DNA from: Bdellovibrionales bacterium
Lineage (GTDB): Bacteria; Bdellovibrionota; Bdellovibrionia; Bdellovibrionales; UBA1609
DNA: 64,000 nucleotides
Direction: 5' to 3'
Assembly (NCBI GenBank): GCA_965219095.1
Contig: OZ244719.1
Span: 64,001-128,000 of the forward strand
In this document: positions 9,693 through 19,990 of the stretch, one piece after another
Numbering within the stretch: the first letter of the stretch is position 1
Layout of the letters: each line of letters starts with the position of its first letter
Translations under genes and position numbers: made by a program
The notes under the pieces: model-generated
The model's database searches: none
What the model saw: only the letters and a program-made list of their open reading frames with translations
What the model was told of the DNA's origin: nothing

Positions 9693-10299
9693 TTAATAGG
9701 TATCTTATCGAGGGAGTTTCCCACAACCATTAAAATATAGTCCTTAGGATCTAATTCCACCTTCTTACAACTTTCCACAATACTATAAAGTACTGATGCT
9801 GTTTCAGCTCCTCTCTGAGTCCTTGACCCATGAAAGTTCTTTCTTCCCATCACAGAATGTCGAATCGTTCTTTCTGCTTCATTGTTTGTCATAGGAATTT
9901 TCTCATTTTCTAAGAATAAATTTAAGCCATCCCAGTGATTAAAGCTATAATCAATAGCCTTTTTTAACCCACTCTCAGGACGAGCTTCTCCATAAAGTTT
10001 ATAATACAGATCTTGCAGAGAAAGAACTAAATCCTTTGATTCTGTTTGTCTTAAATTTTTGAGTTCTTCATAAGTTTTTGCCTTTGATTCAACTTTAAAA
10101 ATCTCCTCCATAAGCTTTAATACTTTTCCACACTCCTCAGGGTAATTCTGTTCTATGTCAATAAACTTTCTTCTCGCATGAGACCAGCAAAAAGCAAGAT
10201 CAATTCCCTTTTCATCCTTAAAGTGTGTTTTATAACTAGCGTAGCCATCTGTTAAAATAGGCCCCTTATAAGAGCCTAAGAGTTTTTTAATAGAACAGG

Positions 10300-10381
10300 C
10301 TCCTGACTTCGACACAACACAGTGAGTTAAAAAAAATATTTTCGTTTTTTTTAACTCACTGTGTTGTGTCGAAGTCAGGAG
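10300..10381. repeat. 82-bp palindrome (37-bp perfect arms, 8-nt loop), ISL3-like end fold-back
   Basis: CTCCTGACTTCGACACAACACAGTGAGTTAAAAAAAA-tattttcg-TTTTTTTTAACTCACTGTGTTGTGTCGAAGTCAGGAG; left side begins GGCTCC like ISL3 ends. Confidence 0.9.
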
Positions 10382-10399
10382 GAACATAGGGTTTTTTCT

Positions 10400-10620
10400 G
10401 ACGGGCACTGAGATTCTTTAGTTTCATAATTCGAGCTACTTTGTTTTCTCAAGCACTCACTCCGCAACGCTTTAATTCCCTATACACCCTGGGGGAACCA
10501 TAACAGCCTTTATTTTTTTTAAAAATAGATTCTATGTTTTTCTCCAGATTTTTATCCTTTTCAAGCTTTCCCCTGGTTTTTAAAAAACTATAAAAACCAG
10601 AACGAGATCCTCTTAATAAT
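10400..10620 (-). pseudogene. IS3-family OrfB N-terminal fragment
   Basis: SRSGFYSF...IESIFKKNKGCYGSPRVYRELKR (HTH_21-like). Confidence 0.75.
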
Positions 10621-10624
10621 TCGC

Positions 10625-10672
10625 GCCTCCTCAAAAGAATCTGTGGGTTCCCGGAGGTTCTTTTGAGGAGCC
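10625..10672. mobile_element. 48-bp ISL3 right-end fold-back MITE
   Basis: GCCTCCTCAAAAGAATCTGTGGGTTCCCGGAGGTTCTTTTGAGGAGCC; the first 36 nt are the reverse complement of the ISL3 right end at 33722-33757. Confidence 0.85.
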
Positions 10673-10760
10673 CAATTTGTTAACTTAAGTCCTATGGATT
10701 TTGAGGGCTTAAGCCTTTTGGAGATCTCTTTTGGAACCTATGCTACAAAAGAATATCGAA

Positions 10761-11427
10761 TTATTTTTTGGAATTGGTATTACTAAAGTTTTTTTGTTTA
10801 AAGCCTTTGGGATTTATAATACTAGCACTGTTCCCTACAACTCGAATCACAAAAAGACCTTCTTTCTCAGCCTTTCTAGCTGAACTTTGATTGGATTTAA
10901 GATAAGCTACAACACCGTAGATTTTTTTGTCTTTATATTCAGGAAACATTTTTTTAAAATCTGCTAGCTTTTTTAAAAAATGAGTTAAGTCTCTTATACG
11001 TAAGGTGGTTTTGACTTCTGTCACAACCACTTCACTGCCATTAACTGCAATAATGTCGAATTCAAAAGGTTTCCCATTCCATGTCCCAAAAGACTCTGGA
11101 AGAATTCTCTGTACTTCAATGTTTCTTTCTTGAAGAAGTTTAACTAAATCACCTTTTGCCAGAGCCTCCATAAGCTTTCCCCATTGACCTGTGAAAAGTT
11201 CGTCTAACTTTGCTATACGTTTATCAGACTTTCTAAACTGAAGAGTCGGTCTCAAGTTTTGACTCTTTTAACAAACGCTCTGTTTCTTTGTGGGCTTTGG
11301 CGGTCTCTTTTTGAGCTTTGGCATTCTCTTTTTGAGACTTTGCCAGTTCTTGAGTTTCTTTAGCAACAGCTTGAATCGAAGCCCATACAGCTTTAGGAAT
11401 TGAATGATTGGGTTTTTTTAAAGGCAT
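10761..11427 (-). pseudogene. Coiled-coil plus PD-(D/E)xK nuclease-domain protein (DUF3782-like), single frameshift
   Basis: ORF 11233..11427 (KET repeats) and ORF 10761..11255 (WGKLMEAL, EFDIIAVNG, EVKTTL) join if one base near 11244 is removed. Confidence 0.7.
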
Positions 11428-11524
11428 ACGGTTATATAATATAAAAAAACTTTCTTTTCAAGTGATTTTAAGAGAATTTCTTTCAAATGGCCTCACTGCG
11501 AAATCTCTCGCTAACCTACTGTAA

Positions 11525-11991
11525 TATAGTGCTTCCGTTTAGGTTTTTAGGTTCCTAAGATGGAGAAGTTATCAGTTATCAAAGTTTCTAATTTAGGCCT
11601 GTGTTTTTGTATTCCTCTAAAAAATTGACTTAAACTTCCCTTGAAATCGTCATAGTTTTCATAATATCGATTCGCCGTGACCTCTTTTTTCATAAACTTC
11701 CAAAGCCTTTCTATAGGATTTAAATTCGGTAAGTACGGAGGAAGATAAACAAGTTTTATATTCAACTCTTTCGCTAACTTCTTGACAGACTTCTATACTA
11801 TTGTATCCTGCCCCATCTAAGATAAGATGAATCTCTTTTTCATCGGAATACTTCTTAATGAATATGATGGAGCATATCATATAGAAAAACTTCGTTGACT
11901 GTCTTATAACTCCTGACTACCGTCTTCAAACTATTGATCTCAATAGCTCCACAAACATTCACTCTTTTTCTCCAGCCTGAATTGATCTTTA
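11525..11991 (-). mobile_element. IS630-B 3' fragment, truncated by an IS630-A end stub (11992-12012)
   Basis: IR TATAGTGCTTCCGTTTAGG; LDGAGY, LPPYLPNLNPIERLWKFMK; frameshifted. Confidence 0.88.
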
Positions 11992-12040
11992 TACCAATTA
12001 CAGAAATTAATTTACAGTTCCGGAAGACAGTTTTCAGAAT

Positions 12041-13102
12041 CTAACGATAGTCATTTACATAATCAATGTATTCCACAATCCAAGGCTCAAATTGTCCTTC
12101 AAGTCGTCTCACTTTTTTATCCTCTGAAAGAAGAACTTTTTTCCTTTCTGTAGAAAATTCAAAAGAAAGAGGAAGAAGTTTATTTTCTTTTAAAGCCTCT
12201 TGTATTTGAGAAGCATAAGGGTCTCCTAAAACCTGCCTTCTTACAAGATCATCTAAAGAAAAACCTATTTCTTCTAATGTAAAACCATAAACATCAATTA
12301 AACGTCTTGCAAGGTCTAAAACTGATAAAAGAGACATCCTTTTATCTTGAAAGAGATCAAAAGCTATTTGTAAGGTGTTATGAGTAGGCAAAACCCTACG
12401 TCCAAATTTTAAGTAATACTCTGCATCTGTATCTTCTTCTAAGTTAATATAAATTTTCTCTACAGGATCTTGAGCTTTAATATCAGATTGTAATTCAAAA
12501 ATAAGATCTCTTTGGGAGCCTATGACTTTAAAGTGCATTAAAATCTTATCAATCTCCTCCCTCTTCAGTCTTTGAGAACAAATATCAGAGTAAAGACAAT
12601 ACGCTACAGCATCGGCCTCGCTATCATCACCCCACATAATCTGATGAACATTTTCATTGAGTCTTAACCTTAGTTGCAAAAGAGCTTGTAATTTGTAACC
12701 TAGTTGCCGTGTAAGCCTCTGAAATCTTTTAGGATGCAAGTTTCTTAAGTTGTCTTTAAAGAAGAATCCATGAGGCTTAACTTCATCAAGTAAAAGTTTC
12801 TCCCGAATTCGATCTTCCATCTGTGGAGGAGAGGCTGAAATAAAATAAAGAGCACTTTTCTGAGTCCATTGTTGTTGAAGGGTTTTTAGTAAAAACGCTG
12901 TACCAGGAATATTTTTTCTTTTACTTCCTCTTTCTACAAACATTTTAACGATGGACTTTAAATCATCAACCCTTGTGTCTAGGTAAGTTTTATCCAAATC
13001 CCAAACATAAACTTCTTCGGCCTTTTTTTCCTCATCCTCTGCTACATATTGAAAAAAAGCAACATCTTGAAGGGATAAAGCTTTGACTCTCCAGTGCCTC
13101 AT
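12041..13102 (-). CDS. HAD-like/App1 (DUF2183-like) phosphatase-domain protein
   Basis: DxD motif WDLDKTYLDT, ISASP, GDDSEADA. Confidence 0.65.
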   Translation of the reverse strand: MRHWRVKALSLQDVAFFQYVAEDEEKKAEEVYVWDLDKTYLDTRVDDLKSIVKMFVERGSKRKNIPGTAFLLKTLQQQWTQKSALYFISASPPQMEDRIREKLLLDEVKPHGFFFKDNLRNLHPKRFQRLTRQLGYKLQALLQLRLRLNENVHQIMWGDDSEADAVAYCLYSDICSQRLKREEIDKILMHFKVIGSQRDLIFELQSDIKAQDPVEKIYINLEEDTDAEYYLKFGRRVLPTHNTLQIAFDLFQDKRMSLLSVLDLARRLIDVYGFTLEEIGFSLDDLVRRQVLGDPYASQIQEALKENKLLPLSFEFSTERKKVLLSEDKKVRRLEGQFEPWIVEYIDYVNDYR

Positions 13103-13998
13103 CGTCCCTTTATCTTATCACTTTTTTCTATATTAAGAAAGCTCCAATCTAATTTTTCAACGGGAAATTGGATCCATTTTTCTTCTTTAGGAAAATTTTT
13201 AGGAGGCTTTTGGCATTGCTTTACAAAACTCAAAACACCTGTGAAGGCCCCTAAAAAAGCTTCAAAATTGTAATGACTTTTTTCCATCAAACGTCGATCC
13301 TGTTCATAGAAAAAAATTAAACCTCTCTCAGAGATCTTATCTAAAATCAAACGTCTTGTCTCACGTCCCTCAAAAGAGCTCTTATAATTTCTAAGCCTTA
13401 TTTTAGAAATTTTCAAAGAACGTCCTAAATACCATAAACTCACTTTTGCTAAAAACTCCTCATTTTTGACATGTTCCAAACGACGACTTAAAAAATGAGC
13501 TCTCGCAGTCAAAGGAGCCTTGTTAGAATTGAGAGCAGGAGAGATTTCAAAAGATTCGTCTAGCTCTTTTGAAATGTAAGTTTCAGAACACCTTTCTATA
13601 TAGGGTGAAAAAATTTTTGTACGTTTTTTCTTATAACGATGAAAAAACTTCCAACTCCAAAGAATATGACTTTGGTTACAGACCTCATAACCAGGACAGG
13701 GTAAAGAGCAAGTCATACATTGAGGAAGACTTAAGGGGGCATTAAAAAGCACTAATTCGATTCTAGAAAAAGAATCTTCTAAAAAATCATAAACCAACTT
13801 GTCGCTAGAATCTTTCTGAGTACTTTTAATATGAGAGTAAATATGACGTAAAAAAACTTTTTTCTCTTTCGGATAATACTCTAAAACAGCAACAGATGTA
13901 GTATCTTTTTTAGCTCCACCCAAACAAATTCCCACAAAACAATGAGACTTTATAAAAGGGGATGTGCTGATATAATTTGAAATTGGTTTTTCCTGCAT
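13099..13998 (-). CDS. RNase H-like fold protein (DUF429-like)
   Basis: FVGICLGGAKKDTT, NAPLSLP, Cys cluster CxxCxxxCxGxxxC; true start may be downstream. Confidence 0.55.
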   Translation of the reverse strand: MQEKPISNYISTSPFIKSHCFVGICLGGAKKDTTSVAVLEYYPKEKKVFLRHIYSHIKSTQKDSSDKLVYDFLEDSFSRIELVLFNAPLSLPQCMTCSLPCPGYEVCNQSHILWSWKFFHRYKKKRTKIFSPYIERCSETYISKELDESFEISPALNSNKAPLTARAHFLSRRLEHVKNEEFLAKVSLWYLGRSLKISKIRLRNYKSSFEGRETRRLILDKISERGLIFFYEQDRRLMEKSHYNFEAFLGAFTGVLSFVKQCQKPPKNFPKEEKWIQFPVEKLDWSFLNIEKSDKIKGR

Positions 13999-14930
13999 AT
14001 TTGTTTTACCTTTTCTTTATCATCTAAAGAACACCATAACATAACACATCCTCCCCCTCCTGCTCCACAAATTTTGACCTGACACTCAGCCTCTTTTACG
14101 ACAAGCCTTCTTAAATCCTCAATAGGAGAGACAGAGAAAGAAGACGAAAGTTGAGTGCGATAAAAATATTCTTTTTCAAAAAGCTTAGGGAACTTGCTGA
14201 AATCATTTCTCTTTAAAGAATCATAAAAACTCTCTGAAACACAAGACAACTCCTTAAGGAGATCTAAGGTCTTCTTATCTTTCTCAATCACCTTTTGAAG
14301 AACACTCCAGTTGTTCAAACCTGATTGATGGGGAATTCCTATATTCACAAGTAAAATGTGCTTTTTAAATGTTTCAAAATCAAACTTTAACTCTTCTGAA
14401 CAAACACCATCTACACCATAGTGAAGAACATGAAAACGCGGTTCTATGGCAGGAAAGTAATCCTGTGTTCCCGTAGGATAATGAAGTGTCTGTAGTTCTA
14501 AGTGACTTGCAAGTTGAACCAGTTTTATCAAATCAGGCCTTTTTTTATCCTCATAGAGTTCAAAAAAAGCTTTCAATAAAGAAACACATAAGCTGGAACT
14601 AGCACCTAAACCCCCTCCTAAAAGAGGGCTTTCTGATAAAGTACTCAAACGAAAAGGAAAAGAAGGCTTAAAATAGGACAAAACTTTTATAATCAATTTT
14701 AATTCTTTATCTGAGTTCTCTAAAACCTCATCGAGATTTTTAAACTTTTTTTCATATCTCAGGTCTTTACATAAAATATGGATCCCCTCTTCAATCTTCT
14801 CTAAATTGACTCTCGTATAAATACTAATAGGAAAATTCAACGTAATGGCCTTGCCTAAAAGAACATAAACAGGCCAGCAATCAAGTGTTCCTCCTGCTAA
14901 ATCAATACGTAAAGGAGAACGAATTTCCAT
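13950..14930 (-). CDS. GHMP-family sugar kinase (HddA/galactokinase-like)
   Basis: PLRIDLAGGTLD, GGLGASSS, TGTQD, KICGAGGGGC. Confidence 0.85.
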   Translation of the reverse strand: MEIRSPLRIDLAGGTLDCWPVYVLLGKAITLNFPISIYTRVNLEKIEEGIHILCKDLRYEKKFKNLDEVLENSDKELKLIIKVLSYFKPSFPFRLSTLSESPLLGGGLGASSSLCVSLLKAFFELYEDKKRPDLIKLVQLASHLELQTLHYPTGTQDYFPAIEPRFHVLHYGVDGVCSEELKFDFETFKKHILLVNIGIPHQSGLNNWSVLQKVIEKDKKTLDLLKELSCVSESFYDSLKRNDFSKFPKLFEKEYFYRTQLSSSFSVSPIEDLRRLVVKEAECQVKICGAGGGGCVMLWCSLDDKEKVKQICRKNQFQIISAHPLL

Positions 14931-15730
14931 TAAGGCACCTTCTTGAGAATGTCTTCAAAAGACAATTTTTCAATTTGAAATAAAGAATTTCTTTTATTAA
15001 CAAAAATAAAGTAGGAAGACCTATCTTTAAAAAAACTAAGTTTCCAAGGTTTTTTTTGAGGATCATAATATAATTCTAATGCCATTTGAGCTTTTTTGAA
15101 ACCATCGCTCTGAAGCTTTATAAGTTTTTTGACCTTAATTGAATTTATAAGCTGTAAAACTTTCTTCGTAGAAGAAGCCCATCCTTGCTTAGGCCTAGTT
15201 AAAACCCTTACAACACCCTCTTTTTTATAAACCATCCTCTTCGGTTCAGAAGAAGGTAGTCCCAAGTCCATCTGAATCCAAAAAAGAACTTTAAAAAATT
15301 TTTCCCATACATGACTTCCTAAAAAAAACTCACCCTCTTTCTTCACAAAAACTCTTTCATCCATGCTAGTTTGTTGAAAAAGCATAAGATGAACAGAACC
15401 TTTATTTTCCAAAAAAACTTCTAACTTTAAAGCCTCTTTTTCAGACAACTTCTCTTTAAGTTGAATTTTCATAAGAGTTTGAGTTTTTAAAAACCTTAAA
15501 AAGTTCACCACCAAACTCTCATCAGCCCAATCTTTCCAAGGCTCTATCACCCACCAACGATCTTCTTTTTTCTCTAACAAATGTCCTCCTATTTTGAAGC
15601 CCACTATACTTACGTCTTTCTTAAAACCAAAAATAGTGTATTTTTTAGGCTTAAAGGGGTTAATCACAATTAAAGCTAAAAACAAAATAACAAAAAAACC
15701 AAAAATAAAAGTAAATTTAAACCCTTTCAA
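14930..15730 (-). CDS. DUF4340-like membrane-anchored protein of the Gld-type ABC module
   Basis: N-terminal TM helix, W..P...AD motif, position after the GldG-like gene. Confidence 0.6.
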   Translation of the reverse strand: MKGFKFTFIFGFFVILFLALIVINPFKPKKYTIFGFKKDVSIVGFKIGGHLLEKKEDRWWVIEPWKDWADESLVVNFLRFLKTQTLMKIQLKEKLSEKEALKLEVFLENKGSVHLMLFQQTSMDERVFVKKEGEFFLGSHVWEKFFKVLFWIQMDLGLPSSEPKRMVYKKEGVVRVLTRPKQGWASSTKKVLQLINSIKVKKLIKLQSDGFKKAQMALELYYDPQKKPWKLSFFKDRSSYFIFVNKRNSLFQIEKLSFEDILKKVP

Positions 15731-17235
15731 CTCTTACGCCCCCTTAGCCAAAAAAGAAAAGAAAGACTAAAAAGAATCAGTGGAACAATGAAAACAGTGA
15801 GAGCTAAAGTGGCCTTCCTTACAGAAGTTAAAATGATGTTTGATGTTTTAAGTTGTTTTCTAGGAATGGAAACTAAATTTTTCCTGTCTGTTAAATAATT
15901 GAAAATATTGATAGCTAAGTCTTTGTTAAAATAAGTTTCCAAATAGTTTGAAGAAAGAAAATCTATATCTCCACTTACTATAAATTTAAATGTTTCACTT
16001 CCATACTTTTTAACTTCTAAAACTAAAGGATAGGCTTGAGGCTTCACGCTTATTTTCTGACTTTTAAACTCTTTAATAGCAAAAGAGTGAGGAGAGGAGA
16101 AAACTAATATGCTGACCTTATATTCCTTTTTTTCTTTGCTTGTAAAGCTCCCTACTGTGGGAAAAATGGTGATCTTTCTTCCTCCTTTAAATCCTTTTGT
16201 TACTTCATGAGAATCATTATAATCAGTCGTTGCTAAAAGCCCATCTTCAAGACCTGAGCTTCTATCTAAAACAAAATTATTCTCAAAAGTAAGCCCAAAA
16301 ATCTTCAAAAACTTTTGAAGATTTTTTATCTTCACACTAGGCTCCAGAGCTAGAAACACAGAACCACCTTTATCTAAAAACTCTTTTAAGAGCTTTAATT
16401 CTTTTTCAGAAAAATCCTTTGTAGGACCTGCCACAAACAGAAGGCTTTTTTTAGGAATCTCTGTGTTGTTGAAAAGAAGAAGCTCTTCAACTTGAAAAGA
16501 AAAGCTTTCTAAAACTTTCTTTAACAAACTCAGATCCCTTCCTGTTCGACTCCGTTTTACCTGTCTTTCTCCATGACCATAGGTTAAATAAACTTGAGTC
16601 CTTTTTGAGTTCAACAGCTTCATAAACGCTGTAGTAAAACTCTCTTCATGATAAGGGGCCTCCACATGAACTGTTTTCCCCTTGTAATCTATAAAAACCA
16701 TAAAGCCTTGAGAAGAAGAAGTTGCAGCCTTTTTGACATACCTTTCAGCTGTTTTAGGCTGTGAAAAAGCGTTGACATAATCTATTCTAATCAAGCCTTG
16801 GCTTTGTTGATAAAGCTTTAAGATAGTTTCTATGCGTCTAGCCACACGACGGTTTCCTGTATAAAAAACCTTCACTTCTATTTTTTCATCAATTTGTTTT
16901 AAAACATTCTCTGTGACAGGAGTTAAAGTAGAAAGGCTATCTTTTGAAACATCAAACAAACGGTTCGTTTTTATAGATAAAAGGTTGATACTTGTAAGAA
17001 AAATGAACATAAAAATACATAAAACTCCCATGTTAAGACTATGACGAGTGCTTTTTAAATTAAAAAGTTCTCTATAAAAAGAAAAGTCAATCATAAAAGT
17101 GATAAAAAAACACAAGCCACTAAAGCCTAAGAGAAAATAAATGGCTAAAATCCCAGGCCACAAATAAGCAAAAAAAGACGTAACAGCTAAGAAAAAAAGA
17201 GCCAAAACCAAAAGAGCCTTTGATAAGGTTTTCAC
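15727..17235 (-). CDS. GldG-family ABC auxiliary component
   Basis: FDVSKDSLSTL, YLTYGHGE, VAGPTKDFSEKE, GDIDFLSS..NKDLAIN. Confidence 0.85.
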   Translation of the reverse strand: MKTLSKALLVLALFFLAVTSFFAYLWPGILAIYFLLGFSGLCFFITFMIDFSFYRELFNLKSTRHSLNMGVLCIFMFIFLTSINLLSIKTNRLFDVSKDSLSTLTPVTENVLKQIDEKIEVKVFYTGNRRVARRIETILKLYQQSQGLIRIDYVNAFSQPKTAERYVKKAATSSSQGFMVFIDYKGKTVHVEAPYHEESFTTAFMKLLNSKRTQVYLTYGHGERQVKRSRTGRDLSLLKKVLESFSFQVEELLLFNNTEIPKKSLLFVAGPTKDFSEKELKLLKEFLDKGGSVFLALEPSVKIKNLQKFLKIFGLTFENNFVLDRSSGLEDGLLATTDYNDSHEVTKGFKGGRKITIFPTVGSFTSKEKKEYKVSILVFSSPHSFAIKEFKSQKISVKPQAYPLVLEVKKYGSETFKFIVSGDIDFLSSNYLETYFNKDLAINIFNYLTDRKNLVSIPRKQLKTSNIILTSVRKATLALTVFIVPLILFSLSFLFWLRGRKS

Positions 17236-17239
17236 AAAA

Positions 17240-17998
17240 TCACCTCCACCTTGATGACTCTATAACTCTGTCAGAAAGAAACAGAAAAAACACCCAACTT
17301 GTTAATAAAAAAACCACAGCTTTTAGTTCAATAGCTCCTCTCATAAAAGAAATAAAATATCTTTCCACAGCAACAGCATCGAAAAACCGACTCAATAAAG
17401 GGCTTTCTACACTATAACCTAATTCCCCTATCATAAGAATAAAAACATTTAAAAGGACAGCTGTAATGAGACTTACAAGATGAGAGGAGGTAAGGGAAGA
17501 TGAAAAAAGACCAATAGCTATATAAAGCCCTGAAAGAAGAAAGAGACCCAAAAGTGAAGAGTAAAGAAGTCCCCTGTCCATATAAGTTACAGAATCTAAC
17601 CAAAAAAAAGGGATGAGAGAAAGAAAGATAAAAAGCGTAACAATAAAAAAGGATGATAAAAATTTAGACAAAATGATCTGATAAGAAGTAATGGGAGATG
17701 TTAAAAGAAGCTCATAAGTTCTAATTTTTTTTTCTTCGGCCAAAGCTTTCATAGTAAGAGCAGGAATAAAAAATAACAAAATAAAATGGTTTGAAAAAAT
17801 ATGCTGAGAAACAACCGACCAGTGCAGTGTGAGCTTCTGATTATTGAAAGGAGCTTCTAACATTTCCACATAACGTAGAATGTAGTTAAAGAATAAAGCT
17901 CCCCAAATGATCGAACACAAACCTAAAAGAATCCAAAGCTGAGAGCTTCTTAGCAAAACTTTTAAATCCTTTGATGCAAGTATCCAAACACTTTTCAT
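17240..17998 (-). CDS. GldF-like ABC-2 permease
   Basis: PALTMKALAEEKKIRTYELLLTSPI...ILSKF. Confidence 0.88.
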   Translation of the reverse strand: MKSVWILASKDLKVLLRSSQLWILLGLCSIIWGALFFNYILRYVEMLEAPFNNQKLTLHWSVVSQHIFSNHFILLFFIPALTMKALAEEKKIRTYELLLTSPITSYQIILSKFLSSFFIVTLFIFLSLIPFFWLDSVTYMDRGLLYSSLLGLFLLSGLYIAIGLFSSSLTSSHLVSLITAVLLNVFILMIGELGYSVESPLLSRFFDAVAVERYFISFMRGAIELKAVVFLLTSWVFFLFLSDRVIESSRWR

Positions 17999-18003
17999 AA
18001 ATT

Positions 18004-18927
18004 TTAATGGTAATCTTTCTTTGTAAACTCTAAAAACACATCTTCTAAATTTAAAGACAAAGGTTTTAGTTCTAAAAGCCCTGCTTTCTTCTCAACAACC
18101 ATTTGACTTACTTCTGCTAAAATTTCATGACCTCCTCTTACATATAAAGTATACATGTTGTCATTTTGCTCTACATGTGAAATTTTCTTAAAGGACTTAA
18201 AAGCTTTCGTCAGTTCATCAGAAGCTTTTAATGTTTTTAAACTAACCTTCAAAGACTTTGAAAACCGATGGGACAGTTCAGAAAGAACTCCCTTAGCTCT
18301 TATCACTCCCTTATACAAAATCACAACCTCTTGGCAAATGGCTTGAGCTTCTGATAAAATGTGAGTTGAAAGAACAAGAGTCACTTTTCCTTTCAAACGT
18401 TTTAAAAGCTCTCTTACTTCAGAAACCTGCTTGGGATCTAGACCAATGGTGGGTTCATCTAAGATTATCACCTGTGGTCTAGATACAAGAGCTTGAGCAA
18501 TTCCCACCCTCTGACGATAACCTCTGGAAAGATGTCTTAAAGGTCTTAAAGCCACATCTTTTAAGAAAACACTCTCCATGCATTCTTCTGTCATTTTTTT
18601 TGCTTCTTTAAAACTTAAACCCTTAAGACGTCCCACAAACTGTAAATATTCTTTGACTGAAAGCTCTTCATAAAGGGGAGGGATGTCAGGTAAGTAACCT
18701 AATTTTTTTTTCACAGCTAAAGGATTTTCAAAAACATCAACTCCGTCTATTTTCACTACACCTGAGCTAGGTGCCATAGCACCTGACATGATTCTCATGG
18801 TTGTAGTTTTTCCTGCACCATTAGGCCCTAAAAGACCTAAAAAAGTCCCCTTAGGCACAGAGAAACTCAAGTCACAAAGAGCCTGAAAATGACCGTATTT
18901 TTTATTCAACTTGCAAACTTCAATCAC
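18004..18927 (-). CDS. GldA-like ABC ATPase (GTG start at 18927 preferred)
   Basis: GPNGAGKTT, LSRGYRQRVG, ILDEPT. Confidence 0.9.
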   Translation of the reverse strand: MIEVCKLNKKYGHFQALCDLSFSVPKGTFLGLLGPNGAGKTTTMRIMSGAMAPSSGVVKIDGVDVFENPLAVKKKLGYLPDIPPLYEELSVKEYLQFVGRLKGLSFKEAKKMTEECMESVFLKDVALRPLRHLSRGYRQRVGIAQALVSRPQVIILDEPTIGLDPKQVSEVRELLKRLKGKVTLVLSTHILSEAQAICQEVVILYKGVIRAKGVLSELSHRFSKSLKVSLKTLKASDELTKAFKSFKKISHVEQNDNMYTLYVRGGHEILAEVSQMVVEKKAGLLELKPLSLNLEDVFLEFTKKDYH

Positions 18928-19213
18928 AAAATTATTTTGACAGAATTTCTCTTTATTGTCATTATTTTTTCTCTTGTATCCTGTCAAATACTAAAAAAGT
19001 ATCTAGAAAATTTAATATCTCACTCCCTCCTCAATGTCACAAATCTTGAAAAAAGGACTAAAAAACTTCTCGAACTATGCTGATCTCAATTTTCGTCTAT
19101 GGTTTGGGTTTGAATTCATAGGTGTCCCTCATAAAAAACTCATTGTAAAGAGCCTAGAAAAGCAAGATGAGTTCAAAATTCTGCTCTAAAGATATTTCGA
19201 GGTTACATTTCAT

Positions 19214-19975
19214 TTATAAAATAATTTTTAATTTATTTCTAGGGTTTAAAAGGATTTCATTTTTCCCAAAAAGACACCCATAGCTTGAAATCTTAACTCC
19301 CTTTTTATGAGCTTTTGTAAGTAAGTCAGCGTATTCTGGATCAATTTCCTTTTCAGGACTAAAAAACTTACAATCACTTCTTTGTGCCAAAAAGAAAATT
19401 TCTGCATTATAGCCTTTTTCCACCTTTTCTATAAGTTCTTTTAAATGTTTTTGTCCTCTCTTCGTGACAGCGTCAGGAAAGAGAGCTTTTTTATTCTGAG
19501 TATGTGCTAGAGTTACATTCTTGATTTCCATAAAATGAAAGTTTTTCTTTTCTTTGGCAGAGAGTTTTTTAAAAGTATTTTGATTTAGCCTTTCTTGTAT
19601 GGGCTTTGAACTTAAAACCAGATCTATACGTGTTTTCTCATTGATTTTCACCTCTTTTTGACAAAATTGGAACTTTTTGAGATAAGGCAGTTTTTGGGCC
19701 CTCCAAGCCTCAAAGACAATCTGGTTAGCAAGACTGGTGTTCACTCCGACTAAAGAGCTAGGGTGCTTAATGAGCTGTAAAGAGAGCTTGAGTTTTCTCT
19801 TAGGGTCTTTGCTTTCTGTAAGCAGGCAGTCAAGACCTTCCTCAAAAACTCCTTTTAGACTACCTGTATTAGCCAAATGAGCTGTTAAAACTTCATTTTT
19901 ATGCTGAATCTCTACGAAAAATCTTTTATAACGTTGAATGAGGCGAGCTTTTTTGAAAGGAGTATGAAACTTCAT
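19214..19975 (-). CDS. sfsA: DNA/RNA nuclease SfsA (start MKFHTP preferred)
   Basis: RYKRFF, AHLANTGSL, EIKNVT, FPDAVTKRGQKHL, IDPEYA. Confidence 0.92.
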   Translation of the reverse strand: MKFHTPFKKARLIQRYKRFFVEIQHKNEVLTAHLANTGSLKGVFEEGLDCLLTESKDPKRKLKLSLQLIKHPSSLVGVNTSLANQIVFEAWRAQKLPYLKKFQFCQKEVKINEKTRIDLVLSSKPIQERLNQNTFKKLSAKEKKNFHFMEIKNVTLAHTQNKKALFPDAVTKRGQKHLKELIEKVEKGYNAEIFFLAQRSDCKFFSPEKEIDPEYADLLTKAHKKGVKISSYGCLFGKNEILLNPRNKLKIIL

Positions 19976-19990
19976 AAAAATTAGTACCCT

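Larger units (their letters stand above)
8245..10299 (-). pseudogene. IS66 TnpC transposase fragment split by IS630-A
   Basis: TDGYASY, CWSHARRKF, TNNEAERTIR. Removing the IS630 and one TTA restores ...IPIKTPFEYTSELRS* (stop at 8245-8247). Confidence 0.85.

Noticed and set aside
13099..13998. RNase H-like ORF as a TnpB/Cas-like RNA-guided nuclease
   Set aside because: No RuvC I-III pattern, no flanking ncRNA space or IS ends; it overlaps its neighbours in a housekeeping-type operon
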